A stretch of DNA of 64,000 nt from an uncultured Methanomassiliicoccales archaeon (GTDB lineage: Archaea; Thermoplasmatota; Thermoplasmata; Methanomassiliicoccales; UBA472). This document shows positions 53,621 to 63,081 of the stretch, one piece after another (the first letter of the stretch is position 1; each line of letters starts with the position of its first letter). Made by a program: the position numbers and the translations under genes. Location: the NCBI GenBank assembly GCA_963755265.1, contig CAVWKV010000101.1:260-64259 (forward strand), read 5' to 3'. The notes under the pieces were generated by a model, which saw nothing but the letters and a program-made list of their open reading frames with translations, was not told the origin of the DNA and made no database searches.

Positions 53621-54298
53621 ATGAAGGTCAGCGTGGTCATACCAACGATGAACGAGGAACAGTCCATCGGCCAGGTGCTCGATTCCGTGCATTCCACGTT
53701 GCGGCAGGCGGGAATCGATCATGAGATGCTTATCGTGGACACTAACTCGAAGGACCGGACCAAGGAGATCGCCAAGGACAAAGGCGCCAAGGTCATCGAG
53801 GAACCGCGTAGGGGTTATGGCAGGGCATACAAGACCGGTTTCGAGAACGCTAAGGGCGATGTCATCGTTACTCTCGACGCGGATTGCACTTACCCGGCCG
53901 AGGATATACCGAAGCTCGTCAATATCCTGATCCAGGAGCAATTGGATTTCATTACTACCAACCGTTTCGCCGGCCTAGAGCCGGGAGCGATGACGTTCGA
54001 GCACCACGTCGGAAACAAACTATTGACGGTGACCATGAACGCGCTATTCCGGGTCAAGGTCAGAGACTCACAGAGCGGTATGTGGGTCATGAGGAAGGAT
54101 CAGATAGGTAAGATGAACTTGAAGGACGACGGGATGGCAATGTCCGAGGAGATCAAGATCGAGGCCTTCAAGAAGCTCAGGTCCAGAGAATTCCCCATAT
54201 ATTATCGCAAGCGCGTCGGTGATGTTAAGCTATCCTCTTGGAAGGACGGCTACAAGAACATCAGGTTCCTTTTCAAGAAGTGTTTTGAGTACGAGTGA
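53621..54298 (+). CDS. Glycosyltransferase family 2, polyprenyl/dolichyl-phosphate glycosyltransferase-like
   Basis: 225 aa. VSVVIPTMNEEQSI, IVDTNSKDRT, GYGRAYKTGF, TLDADCTYP. Confidence 0.8.
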   Translation: MKVSVVIPTMNEEQSIGQVLDSVHSTLRQAGIDHEMLIVDTNSKDRTKEIAKDKGAKVIEEPRRGYGRAYKTGFENAKGDVIVTLDADCTYPAEDIPKLVNILIQEQLDFITTNRFAGLEPGAMTFEHHVGNKLLTVTMNALFRVKVRDSQSGMWVMRKDQIGKMNLKDDGMAMSEEIKIEAFKKLRSREFPIYYRKRVGDVKLSSWKDGYKNIRFLFKKCFEYE

Positions 54299-54827
54299 AC
54301 CCGCACTGGTCCATGGCAAGAGCTATGCCTTCCTTGAGACCTTTCCTGGCAGTTAGGTTGAACAGGCATGCAGACGGATGATATGTCGGCATAACGCTTA
54401 CCATCTCCTTTCCCATCCTAACTTGGAAAATCTTGTTTGCGTCTACCTTTAGCGAGACCTTGCGGCCGAGCAACCCTTCTGAGGCCGTGAGGCCGAGCGC
54501 TACCGCAAGGCATCGTCCCTGAAGGTCCTCGATTAGATAGGGCCGACAAGCCTCCACCTCTTCCCTGGTCGGACGGCGATTGTTCGGTGGACGGCACTTG
54601 ACTGCATTCGTTATCATGATTTTCTCCCGGGGAAGACCGTTCTCGGCCAGCAACCTATCGAGCATCTTGCCCGCCTTGCCCACGAATGGCTTTCCGATCC
54701 TGTCCTCGGTGGCACCGGGCGCCTCTCCAACGAACACAAGCTTGGAATCGAGGTCCCCGCTCGGGCCAACCACGTTGTTCCTTCCGCTGCAAAGAAGGCA
54801 TCTGTCGCATCTCAAATCGAGCTTCAT
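54273..54827 (-). CDS. udg: Uracil-DNA glycosylase, family 4
   Basis: 184 aa. N-terminal Cys cluster CDRCLLC, FVGEAPGATED, GKPFVGKAG, YHPSA. Confidence 0.85.
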   Translation of the reverse strand: MKLDLRCDRCLLCSGRNNVVGPSGDLDSKLVFVGEAPGATEDRIGKPFVGKAGKMLDRLLAENGLPREKIMITNAVKCRPPNNRRPTREEVEACRPYLIEDLQGRCLAVALGLTASEGLLGRKVSLKVDANKIFQVRMGKEMVSVMPTYHPSACLFNLTARKGLKEGIALAMDQCGFTRTQNTS

Positions 54828-55357
54828 TAACTCTGCCTCAAGACATCGCTGGCTGTGACGAGAGCATGCAATTTTGTGGACATGGACTCCAACCGCTCCC
54901 TGCCCCCTTCCTCCCGGTCAACCACGGACAACACGTGCTCAACGTCCGCCCCGGTCTTGCGAAGCACTTCGATGGCGTAGGCGGCCGAACCGGCCGACGT
55001 GACCACATCCTCGATCACAAGCACCTTCATTCCCTTGTCCAAGGAGCCTTCGATCAACTTGCCGGTTCCGTGGTCCTTCGGCTCTTTGCGGATCATGATG
55101 AATGGTATCCCTGTACGAAGTGAAAGTGCGACGGCCAGGGGTACCGACCCAAGCACTACGCCAGCGATACGATCGACATCGATGTCGTCGTTCTCGATGA
55201 TGTGCGCCATCTCGTCGGCAACCTCTTCCAGTATCTTCGGGTCGGTGCTCGCTTTCTTGATGTCGATGTAATATTTGCTCTTCTTGCCAGAGGACAGGGT
55301 GAAATCCCCATACAATATTGCGCCGCAACGCACCAATGACTCTTTGATGTTCGACAT
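54827..55357 (-). CDS. pyrE: Orotate phosphoribosyltransferase
   Basis: 176 aa. LSSGKKSKYYIDIK, PRPP loop VLVIEDVVTSAGS. Confidence 0.9.
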   Translation of the reverse strand: MSNIKESLVRCGAILYGDFTLSSGKKSKYYIDIKKASTDPKILEEVADEMAHIIENDDIDVDRIAGVVLGSVPLAVALSLRTGIPFIMIRKEPKDHGTGKLIEGSLDKGMKVLVIEDVVTSAGSAAYAIEVLRKTGADVEHVLSVVDREEGGRERLESMSTKLHALVTASDVLRQS

Positions 55358-55363
55358 TCCAGA

Positions 55364-55930
55364 TCACCACGGAACCTTTTTCAGGCCCATCTTGTAGCCG
55401 ATTATGTTGACCGAACGATGCAGGATCGGTGTGACGATCAATACAGTGAGGAGCGCCAGGATGCTTGCTCCATCGATGAAGGATGACATGAACCACGAGG
55501 GGAAGAACAGCACCACGGCGATCAGAGCGCCGCCGATGAAGTTGTATTGATCGAGGATCGGTGCCTTGGCACCCCGGTCAATTCCCATCCTCCGCTTGAT
55601 GAACGATCCCACCAAGTCGCCCAGCAGTGAACCGGCCGCAAGCGCGAGAATGATGCCAAACGCGTTCGGCAGCGATCCGAAACCCCACAGACCAGCCTCA
55701 TCGCCCAGAACCGACGCCATCATCATCTGGATTATTCCGAGGGCGATGCCGGCGGATATCCCGCCGATAAGGCCGGTCCAGGTCTTCCCGTCACCCAGTA
55801 TCCGTTTCCCATGCCACGAGCGACCGAAATCGATCGGCTTACCCCCGCCGAAAATGACCGCCGCTGAATTGGGCAAGAAGGCCGGCAGCATCAACCAGAA
55901 GCCGCTCAGGGCGACGATGATCGCATCCAT
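55364..55930 (-). CDS. carS: CDP-archaeol synthase
   Basis: 188 aa, polytopic. LPAFLPNSAAVIFGGGKPIDFG and GDGKTWTGLIGG match the CarS (DUF46) signature. Confidence 0.8.
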   Translation of the reverse strand: MDAIIVALSGFWLMLPAFLPNSAAVIFGGGKPIDFGRSWHGKRILGDGKTWTGLIGGISAGIALGIIQMMMASVLGDEAGLWGFGSLPNAFGIILALAAGSLLGDLVGSFIKRRMGIDRGAKAPILDQYNFIGGALIAVVLFFPSWFMSSFIDGASILALLTVLIVTPILHRSVNIIGYKMGLKKVPW

Positions 55931-55953
55931 CGGCAGCAGATTCTGACGACCGA

Positions 55954-57864
55954 TTAAGAACTTTTGCCCGCGTCCGCATGGTCGAAGAACTCTAGCACCG
56001 AAGACAGTGGGTCCTCGGTTAGCTGAAGCTCGATCCGGTCGGTGAACTGCTTGGCTCGGCGGTCCAAAATGACCGCTGCCCCGATGTCCGTCTCGGTCCT
56101 GATCAGCCTGCCAATGGCCTGCAGCATCTTTCGGCTAGTGGGGGCCTTGACCGTTATTTCCCAGCCCTTATGGAACTTACGTTCATAGTAGTGCATCAGC
56201 GCCCTCTGCTTGGCCGTCGGCTTGGGGTACGGCACGCCGATGATCACCGCCAACTGCAGCTCCTTGTCGGGAAAGTCTATGCCTTCACTGATGCGGCCTC
56301 CGACCACCGAGAACAGGACCGCTCCTGCCTCAGCCTCACTCTTGAAACGGGTGACGACGTCCATCAGGTCTGCCTGGGCCATTCCACGTTCCTCAAGCAT
56401 GACCTTGCGCTTGATCTTGGTCAGGATCCTATCGGTCAGGAAGCGTTCCATGAGCGAATACGATGGAAAGAAGATGACCGTGTTCTTCTTGACCACGTTG
56501 CACAAGCTGACCACTGTTTCTTCCATCCGCGGGATGATCTCTTCGTCTTGGGACATCTCCTCGAACTTGGTGGTGACATTCTCGGTGTAGAACACCGCCC
56601 TGTTCTCTTTCGGGAAGGGGGGGGGGAAGACCCTCAAGACCGTTTCCGAGGGCAGCCCGATAGAATCCCGATACTCAGCCAAGGGCGATAGGGTTCCAGA
56701 CATATGGATCGTACCACCGCACCCTAGCAACACCGAAGTGGTCACGATCGGGTCCAAGCAGTAAGCCTTGAAGTATGGGTTGTCGCCGCCCACAATCAGT
56801 TTGACAAAGGTCCACTCATCGGTCGAGAACCAGTTGCTCAGGAATGCGCCCATAGAAAAGATGTAGGAACGTGGCAGGCGGTTCTGCTCTATCCTTTGTT
56901 CTCTCACTATCTCACCGTGTTCCATGAGCGCCTTGGCAGCGATCTCGATTGCCCGCGATGAGGCCGTGAAAGCGCTCATCAGGCCTTCCTCGAGGAACGA
57001 CGGAGGTATGAGCCCGTCCTCCTCGATCAAGTACTCGTCGACCGCTCCCTGAAGGAGCTTCCGCAGCTCGATGACGACATCCATTATGCTCACGCCCTGG
57101 AGGACCTCCGGGTCGCCATACTCTTCGACCTCTTTCTGGACCATGTCCAGCAATGCACGGGACAGCTCGAACGACTCGATCTCGCGCGTGTAATCGGGGA
57201 TGTTGTGCGCCTCGTCAATGATGACGATCAGCTCGTCCAGGCGTACCCCCATCCAATCCAGCAGTGAATGTCTGATGAATGGAACGAAGAAATAGGCGTA
57301 TGGGGCAGCCACGACGGTGGCAGAGAAGACCATCTCCTTCATCATCTCATGGGGGCAGACATTCTTCGAGTCGCAATACCGGACGAACTCCTCCACGGTA
57401 GGCAGCGTTGCACGGCAGTACTTCTCCATATCCTCATGATCGACATTGATCAGTTCGGCATAAAAACGGCAGCCGCCGGGTTTGTTGCTGAGGACCTTCT
57501 TTTTTTTCTCGCTACATATCCGGGAAAGCTCTTCTGGATTTCCGCCCTTGAGCTCTTGGTCCCGTCTTATAAGGGGGCAGGTCCCCTGCCTCCCCTGTAT
57601 GGCCAGACCGAACACCGGCATCTTCTCGTTGATACGGCGGAGTTCGCGCACAACCTGCTCTTCCTGCGAGTTGGTTCGCGTGAGGTAAAGGACCTTCCGG
57701 CCGTGGGTGAGTGCTTCCTGGATTGTTCCGGAGAGCGCGCAGACCGTCTTGCCGGTCCCAGTGCCGCTCTCCATGACCAGATGCCCCTTGTTCTTGGCTA
57801 CATCCTCGACCAATTTAACGAACTGGAGCTGGTTGGGCCGAGGCTGGTAAGGGAAGACGTCCAT
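55954..57864 (-). CDS. xpd: XPD/Rad3-family 5'-3' DNA helicase with FeS domain
   Basis: 636 aa. Walker A ESGTGTGKT, DEAH box IIDEAHN, four-Cys FeS cluster region (GTCPL, GGCRFY, CDSKNVCPHE), C-terminal QAIGRLIR. Confidence 0.9.
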   Translation of the reverse strand: MDVFPYQPRPNQLQFVKLVEDVAKNKGHLVMESGTGTGKTVCALSGTIQEALTHGRKVLYLTRTNSQEEQVVRELRRINEKMPVFGLAIQGRQGTCPLIRRDQELKGGNPEELSRICSEKKKKVLSNKPGGCRFYAELINVDHEDMEKYCRATLPTVEEFVRYCDSKNVCPHEMMKEMVFSATVVAAPYAYFFVPFIRHSLLDWMGVRLDELIVIIDEAHNIPDYTREIESFELSRALLDMVQKEVEEYGDPEVLQGVSIMDVVIELRKLLQGAVDEYLIEEDGLIPPSFLEEGLMSAFTASSRAIEIAAKALMEHGEIVREQRIEQNRLPRSYIFSMGAFLSNWFSTDEWTFVKLIVGGDNPYFKAYCLDPIVTTSVLLGCGGTIHMSGTLSPLAEYRDSIGLPSETVLRVFPPPFPKENRAVFYTENVTTKFEEMSQDEEIIPRMEETVVSLCNVVKKNTVIFFPSYSLMERFLTDRILTKIKRKVMLEERGMAQADLMDVVTRFKSEAEAGAVLFSVVGGRISEGIDFPDKELQLAVIIGVPYPKPTAKQRALMHYYERKFHKGWEITVKAPTSRKMLQAIGRLIRTETDIGAAVILDRRAKQFTDRIELQLTEDPLSSVLEFFDHADAGKSS

Positions 57865-57961
57865 CCTGCCTCTCGAGCGTACCTAACATAAATATCGTTT
57901 CGGTGACCTCATCGAAACTGCAATAATGATTTAGAAACGGAAAAGTTGTTTAATAAAGTGT

Positions 57962-58531
57962 TTACTGGTCTACCTTGGGCTTGGCTTCCTGCCTGGTCCA
58001 GATATCCTCTGGAACATCGTCGTAACATGAGAGTTCCGCACCGCAGGGTCCAGCGTGACTGTTGCCGCTGATGAGCTCGAAGATGCGCTCCTTTCGGAAC
58101 AGCCAATAGTGGATTCTCCACTCCCGGCCATCATACAGTGTCGTTTCTTCCCTCTCGGTGGTCAGGATACCGGTGTCCTCGAGCATATAGAAGGCGTCGC
58201 GGTCCTCCGGTTCCAGGATGTTATCGATGATGCGCTCGCTGTAACCGAAGAAGTTCATCACATGCTGCGCCATCATGCGTGCCTGATCGTCTGGCATCCC
58301 ACTGCGGTCGATGCTGTTCTTGATGGCCTGGGTGAGGTCATCAACGGTCAGGGTTGTGCATTTGTCATCAAAACAGATCTCAAAAGAAGGATCCTCGGAT
58401 TTACCTCCGGCAGTCACAGGCTCGGCAGTCTTCACACTTACTCCGCCCAAGGCGGGAATTGCTGTTGCCTTTGCCTTTCCACCCTTGGCGGTAGGTAAAG
58501 CTCGGGACTTTGCGCTTCCGTTGCTTTTCAT
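57962..58531 (-). CDS. Hypothetical protein with K/A-rich N-terminal tail
   Basis: 189 aa. Low-complexity basic tail, then a conserved-looking core (MMAQHVMNFFGYSERIIDNILEPEDRDAFYMLEDTGIL, REWRIHYWLF). No family recognised with confidence. Confidence 0.65.
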   Translation of the reverse strand: MKSNGSAKSRALPTAKGGKAKATAIPALGGVSVKTAEPVTAGGKSEDPSFEICFDDKCTTLTVDDLTQAIKNSIDRSGMPDDQARMMAQHVMNFFGYSERIIDNILEPEDRDAFYMLEDTGILTTEREETTLYDGREWRIHYWLFRKERIFELISGNSHAGPCGAELSCYDDVPEDIWTRQEAKPKVDQ

Positions 58532-58754
58532 TGAGTTGCCCCTTGTCGTTGAGAGTTTAATCGAAGTAAATTGAGTTTCTATTCATTCAGGAAACACTAT
58601 TTAAAGATTTTGTTACCGAGTCTCGTCCTGCCAAGATTTCTTTGGGCCGGTGCCACCATATTATTACTGCATATCGATGCATCGTCTACCCGACCACACC
58701 AAATGAATAAATCAGGGGGGCTGTGATGATCGGTACGATCTCAGGAGATACCCA

Positions 58755-59081
58755 ATGATCGCAGAGTTCAGCGTGTTACCTATTGGCAAAGACGAGAGCC
58801 TGAGTAAATATGTTGCCGAATGCATCAAGATCGTGGAGGCGAGCGGACTCAGCTATCAGCTTACTCCGATGGGTACGATCGTAGAGGGTGACATAGATCC
58901 GGTCATGAAGGTCATTATTGACTGCCACAAGAAGGTCATCACGATGTCAAAGCGCGTGGTCACGAACATCAAGATCGATGATCGGATAGGCATACATCCG
59001 ATGGGCTCAAAGGTGGAGAGTGTCAGGAAAAGGCTAGCCCCTAACTGCCCTCGGGTCCGTGATGAAGTTGAGGACGCTTGA
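58755..59081 (+). CDS. MTH1187/YkoF-family (DUF77) small ligand-binding protein
   Basis: 108 aa. MIAEFSVLPIG, YVAECIKIVEASGLSYQLTPMGTIVEG. The 3' end overlaps convergent wecB by 41 nt. Confidence 0.7.
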   Translation: MIAEFSVLPIGKDESLSKYVAECIKIVEASGLSYQLTPMGTIVEGDIDPVMKVIIDCHKKVITMSKRVVTNIKIDDRIGIHPMGSKVESVRKRLAPNCPRVRDEVEDA

Positions 59082-60144
59082 GCATCAATCCCTCGATCTC
59101 TGCAACGATCCTAGATGAGACATGCGCGTCCCCATAGACGACCGGGCGCCCGCTCTCTGGGTAAGGACGATCCAAGGCTTCCAGTATCCGTTCCCGGCTA
59201 GCCCCCGTCAATACGTTCCAACCACCTTCCAGCGTCTCGGTCCACTCCGTCTCGTCCCTGACCGTCACGCAGGGCACACCCCAGAAGTACGCCTCCTTCT
59301 GTACGCCGCCCGAATCGGTCATTATCTTCTTCGCGTGACGTTCCATGGCCGTGAACGAGAGGAAATCCAATGGCTCCAGGACCTTTACGTTTCCCGACCT
59401 GCTGAGGCGGTCCATCAACCCCCACGCCTTTATGTTCTTGGCCGTTCTTGGATGCAATGGAAGGACCACGTTTTCTCCGTAGTCGCACATCGCTGCGACG
59501 ATCATGCTCATGTTCTCTTGGGAATCTGCATTCTCCTGTCGATGGATCGTGGCCAGCACATATTCGCCCTTTTTCACGCCGAATCTCTCTGGAGTGGCAT
59601 CATCGAGCCTGTCCTTGATGCTGAGAAGGCATTCGGTCATGGCATCCCCGACGATCGCCACACCGTCGGTGATCCCTTCCTTCTCCAGGTTCCGCACTGA
59701 CGGTGCGCTTGGGCATAGTAGGAGGTTCGAGAGATGGTCCGTGACCACACGATTAATCTCCTCCGGCATTCCCTTGCGATAGGACCGCAGCCCAGCCTCG
59801 ACATGTACCAGCGGGAGACACATCTTCGCCGCCACTATTGCCGCAGCCAGTGTCGTGTTCGTATCTCCGTAGACCACGACCACCTCCGGCCTGTCATCCA
59901 TGAAGACCTTCTCAAGTTCTTCCATCATCTTGCCCGTCTGCGCTCCTTGACAACCGGAACCTACACCCAGGTTATAGTCTGGGTCGGGAATATGGAGCTC
60001 TTCGAAAAAGGATTGGGACATTTTGTAATCGTAGTGTTGGCCAGTGTGAACGATGATATGCCGATGATCAACGATTATGGCCTTGTGAAGTGGGGCCAGT
60101 TTCACGAACTGGGGCCGGGCCCCCACGACCGAGAATATCCTCAT
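59041..60144 (-). CDS. wecB: UDP-N-acetylglucosamine 2-epimerase (non-hydrolysing)
   Basis: 367 aa from the internal ATG at 60144 (MRIFSVVGARPQFVKLAPL). HVEAGLRS, HRQEN, MTDSGGVQKEA. Confidence 0.85.
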   Translation of the reverse strand: MRIFSVVGARPQFVKLAPLHKAIIVDHRHIIVHTGQHYDYKMSQSFFEELHIPDPDYNLGVGSGCQGAQTGKMMEELEKVFMDDRPEVVVVYGDTNTTLAAAIVAAKMCLPLVHVEAGLRSYRKGMPEEINRVVTDHLSNLLLCPSAPSVRNLEKEGITDGVAIVGDAMTECLLSIKDRLDDATPERFGVKKGEYVLATIHRQENADSQENMSMIVAAMCDYGENVVLPLHPRTAKNIKAWGLMDRLSRSGNVKVLEPLDFLSFTAMERHAKKIMTDSGGVQKEAYFWGVPCVTVRDETEWTETLEGGWNVLTGASRERILEALDRPYPESGRPVVYGDAHVSSRIVAEIEGLMLKRPQLHHGPEGS

Positions 60145-60217
60145 CGACGCTGGAACGCTCAGACCGGTAATTAACCTTAGCTTCAAAAGATGGCCGCCCG
60201 TGGGGCGGAATGAGTTT

Positions 60218-61831
60218 TCAGAGGCTCATGTATTCGTGTGTCCTCATATGACTGAGCGTGATGGAACGGGCCTCGTGGAAGTTCTTTTCAGCCCTTAGCT
60301 CGTCCAAAACGCCTTTCCCGACGGCACCATCGACCGACATGATCATGATCGCCCGCCCGCCCTTGGTCTCTCGGCCAACGTTCATGTTCGCGATGTTGAT
60401 ACCACGGTTTCCGAGCAACATTCCGACCCGACCTATCATGCCAGGCATGTCGTTGTGCTTGGTCATCACAAAATCGCCATCCAGCGGAACGTCCACATCG
60501 AACTCGTCGATGCCGATGAGCCTCGGCTCGCTGGCCGGGAACGCTGTGCCACGCACTTCGCGTTTCACACCGTCGGATGAGACCCGCACGATGAGCATAT
60601 TGACGTAGTGCGTCGACTCGTCCACCTTGGACTCGACGACATGAATGCCCATCTCGCGGGCAATGGAACCGGCGTTGATGATGTTCGTGTTCTCTCCCTT
60701 TACCGTGGAGAGCACACCCACAAGTGCCGACACCGTGACCATTCTCGTGTCCATGTTGGCGATCTCGCCGTGGACCTCGACCTCGATCTTCTTGACCGGC
60801 CCGTCAACCAGCTGCATGCAGAAAGAACCAAGCCTCTCGGCGATTCCGAGGAAAGGCACCACCTTCGGATCGATCTTGCCCATTGGGGCGTTGACGGCAT
60901 TGGTGATCTTGTTATCCACGAGGAACATCTTCACGTGCTCGGCCATCTCGATGGAGACCTTTTCCTGGGCTTCCTTCGTTGACGCCCCAAGGTGAGGGGT
61001 CAACACCGCATTGGACAGTCCGAGGAAAGGCGAATCCTTTGGAAGCGGCTCCTGTTCGAACACATCGATGGCAGAACCGGCGATGCGCTTCGTCTTCAGC
61101 GCCTCCACCCAGGCCGCTTCATCAATTATACCGCCGCGGGCACAGTTGATGATCATTACCGTCGGTTTCATCATGTTGAACTGGGCCGTGCTGACCAGAT
61201 TGTGGGTGGTCGGTGTCAGGGCGGCATGGACGGTGATGAAGTCGGCCTCTTCGCAGACCTTGTCCAGGGGCAACAGGCGAACTCCGAGCTTCACCGCCGC
61301 TTCGGGTGAGATGTACGGGTCGAAGCCAATGAGCTTCATGCCAAAGGCCTTGGCCCTCTTGGCCACCTCGCCGCCGATGCGCCCGATGCCGATGATACCG
61401 AGCGTTTTGCCGCTGAGCTCAACCCCCATGAACTTGCTCTTCTCCCACTTGCCCTCCTTGACAGACTTGTCGGCCCACGGGATGTTGCGTGCCAGGGAGA
61501 GCATCATGGCCATAGTGTGCTCGCATGCGGAAATGATGTTAGCCGATGGGGTGTTCATGACCAGTATGCCGCGCCTCGTGGCAGCCTCCACATCGACGTT
61601 GTCGACACCGACGCCGGCCCTTCCGACGACACGGAGCTTCTTGCCTGCCTCGATGACCTGTGCGGTCACCTTGGTTCCGCTGCGCACGATCAGCGCGTCA
61701 TACCCGCCGATGATCTTGATCAGGTCCTCTTGGGGTATCTTTGGTTTTACGTCAACCTGGACCCCGCCATCCTTGGTCAGCATCTCGATGCCTTCCTTTG
61801 AAAGTTCATCGGTAACGAGCAGTTTCATCAT
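60218..61831 (-). CDS. serA: D-3-phosphoglycerate dehydrogenase with C-terminal ACT domain
   Basis: 537 aa. NAD fold GIIGIGRIGGEVAKRA, NCARGGIIDE, TPHLGAST, ACT-like tail. Confidence 0.9.
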   Translation of the reverse strand: MMKLLVTDELSKEGIEMLTKDGGVQVDVKPKIPQEDLIKIIGGYDALIVRSGTKVTAQVIEAGKKLRVVGRAGVGVDNVDVEAATRRGILVMNTPSANIISACEHTMAMMLSLARNIPWADKSVKEGKWEKSKFMGVELSGKTLGIIGIGRIGGEVAKRAKAFGMKLIGFDPYISPEAAVKLGVRLLPLDKVCEEADFITVHAALTPTTHNLVSTAQFNMMKPTVMIINCARGGIIDEAAWVEALKTKRIAGSAIDVFEQEPLPKDSPFLGLSNAVLTPHLGASTKEAQEKVSIEMAEHVKMFLVDNKITNAVNAPMGKIDPKVVPFLGIAERLGSFCMQLVDGPVKKIEVEVHGEIANMDTRMVTVSALVGVLSTVKGENTNIINAGSIAREMGIHVVESKVDESTHYVNMLIVRVSSDGVKREVRGTAFPASEPRLIGIDEFDVDVPLDGDFVMTKHNDMPGMIGRVGMLLGNRGINIANMNVGRETKGGRAIMIMSVDGAVGKGVLDELRAEKNFHEARSITLSHMRTHEYMSL

Positions 61832-62892
61832 TGCATTCCCTCCATGACCTCGTCCATGACATGCACCAGGTCGTTCATGTCCTTGACGGTGAGATCGCCC
61901 ATGTGACCAATGCGGAAGGACGAATCCTTCACCTTGCCATAGCCAGGCGATATCTCGAAGCCTTTCTCCTTGAGTTTCTTATCGAAATTGGCGAAATCGA
62001 AGCGACCACTATCGACCACAGATATAGTGTTGGAGCGGTAGCCCTGTTCGGCATACAGACCGAAGCGCTTCAAGGCCCACTTGCGTGCCACATCAGCTAG
62101 CTCTTGGTGCCTTTGGTAGCGTTGAGAACTGCCCTCCTTCAGCCACTTGTCCAGCTGGTAGTCGAGGCCGAACATGAGCGAGACAGGCGGTGTGGTCAAT
62201 GGCAAGTCCTTGTCCGCGTACTTCTTGTACTCCAACAAATCGAAATAGTAGCCCCGGTTCGGCACCGTCTCGGCCTTCTTGATGAGCTTCTCACTGCAGC
62301 ATATGATCGCCAGGCCAGGTGGCAATGCTAGCGCCTTCTGGGAACCGAACACCAACGCGTCTGGCGCCATCTTCTTGAGCTTAAGGTCGACCGCTCCCAC
62401 AGCAGTTACCCCGTCAACGAAGATGAGGGCGTCGCTCTCCGCCCTGATGGCGTCGCATATCTCGGTCGGATGGTTCAGCACGCCGGTCGATGACTCGTTG
62501 GATATGAAAGTGACCGCCTCAATGTCCTTCATTAACCGGCCCTTGATGTGCTCTGGCTTGATGCCCTTTCCCCACTCCACATCGATCTTATCGACCAGCT
62601 TACCATTGGCCGTGCCGATGCCTTGCCACCGGTCACCGAACGAGCCGTTGGATATCCCGCACATCTTGCGGTTGACCCCACATCGTACACAGGCCTCGAG
62701 GAATCCTGTTGCAGATGCTGGTGCCAGGAATATCTCCATGTCCGTGTCCAATGCTTTGTGCAATTTCTCGACGATGCCTTTCTGGAGGTTCGAATAGTCC
62801 TTACCCCGGTGGACGATCATGTGCCTGTCCATCGCTTTCAGAGTATCCTCGAAGACCTCAACCGGGCCGACTGTGAACAACCTTCTCGACAT
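61828..62892 (-). CDS. Class V aminotransferase (phosphoserine aminotransferase-like)
   Basis: 354 aa. NESSTGV and PLP-Lys context GSQKALALPPG. 4-nt overlap with serA supports a serine-pathway role. Confidence 0.75.
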   Translation of the reverse strand: MSRRLFTVGPVEVFEDTLKAMDRHMIVHRGKDYSNLQKGIVEKLHKALDTDMEIFLAPASATGFLEACVRCGVNRKMCGISNGSFGDRWQGIGTANGKLVDKIDVEWGKGIKPEHIKGRLMKDIEAVTFISNESSTGVLNHPTEICDAIRAESDALIFVDGVTAVGAVDLKLKKMAPDALVFGSQKALALPPGLAIICCSEKLIKKAETVPNRGYYFDLLEYKKYADKDLPLTTPPVSLMFGLDYQLDKWLKEGSSQRYQRHQELADVARKWALKRFGLYAEQGYRSNTISVVDSGRFDFANFDKKLKEKGFEISPGYGKVKDSSFRIGHMGDLTVKDMNDLVHVMDEVMEGMQ

Positions 62893-63081
62893 ATGAACAC
62901 CTAATAATCGATGCTATGATGATCTCATTAATCGCAGATCACGCCATCCTGGCTACGAAAGACAGAATGGCCGGTCACCAATCGATTCGATTGGATATAT
63001 ACATTCCGTCATCATCTGGCCGGAAATTTATCCCTTACTCTTTTGGCGGCACGACCAGAATGATCTTTTTCGACGAATAGA

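Noticed and set aside
58680-58754. Possible TPP riboswitch or C/D box sRNA upstream of the YkoF-like (thiamine-binding family) gene, including GUGAUGA at 58723-58729
   Set aside because: I could not find the conserved THI-box elements (CUGAGA followed by ACCUGAUCUGGAUAAUGCCAGCG-like sequence) in the sense orientation. No CUGA D box or terminal stem lies at a suitable distance from the C-box-like heptamer.
62916-62922. AUGAUGA C-box-like heptamer in the spacer upstream of the serC-like gene
   Set aside because: It is an isolated motif with no D/D' boxes (CUGA) within about 70 nt on the same strand. Chance occurrence is likely.
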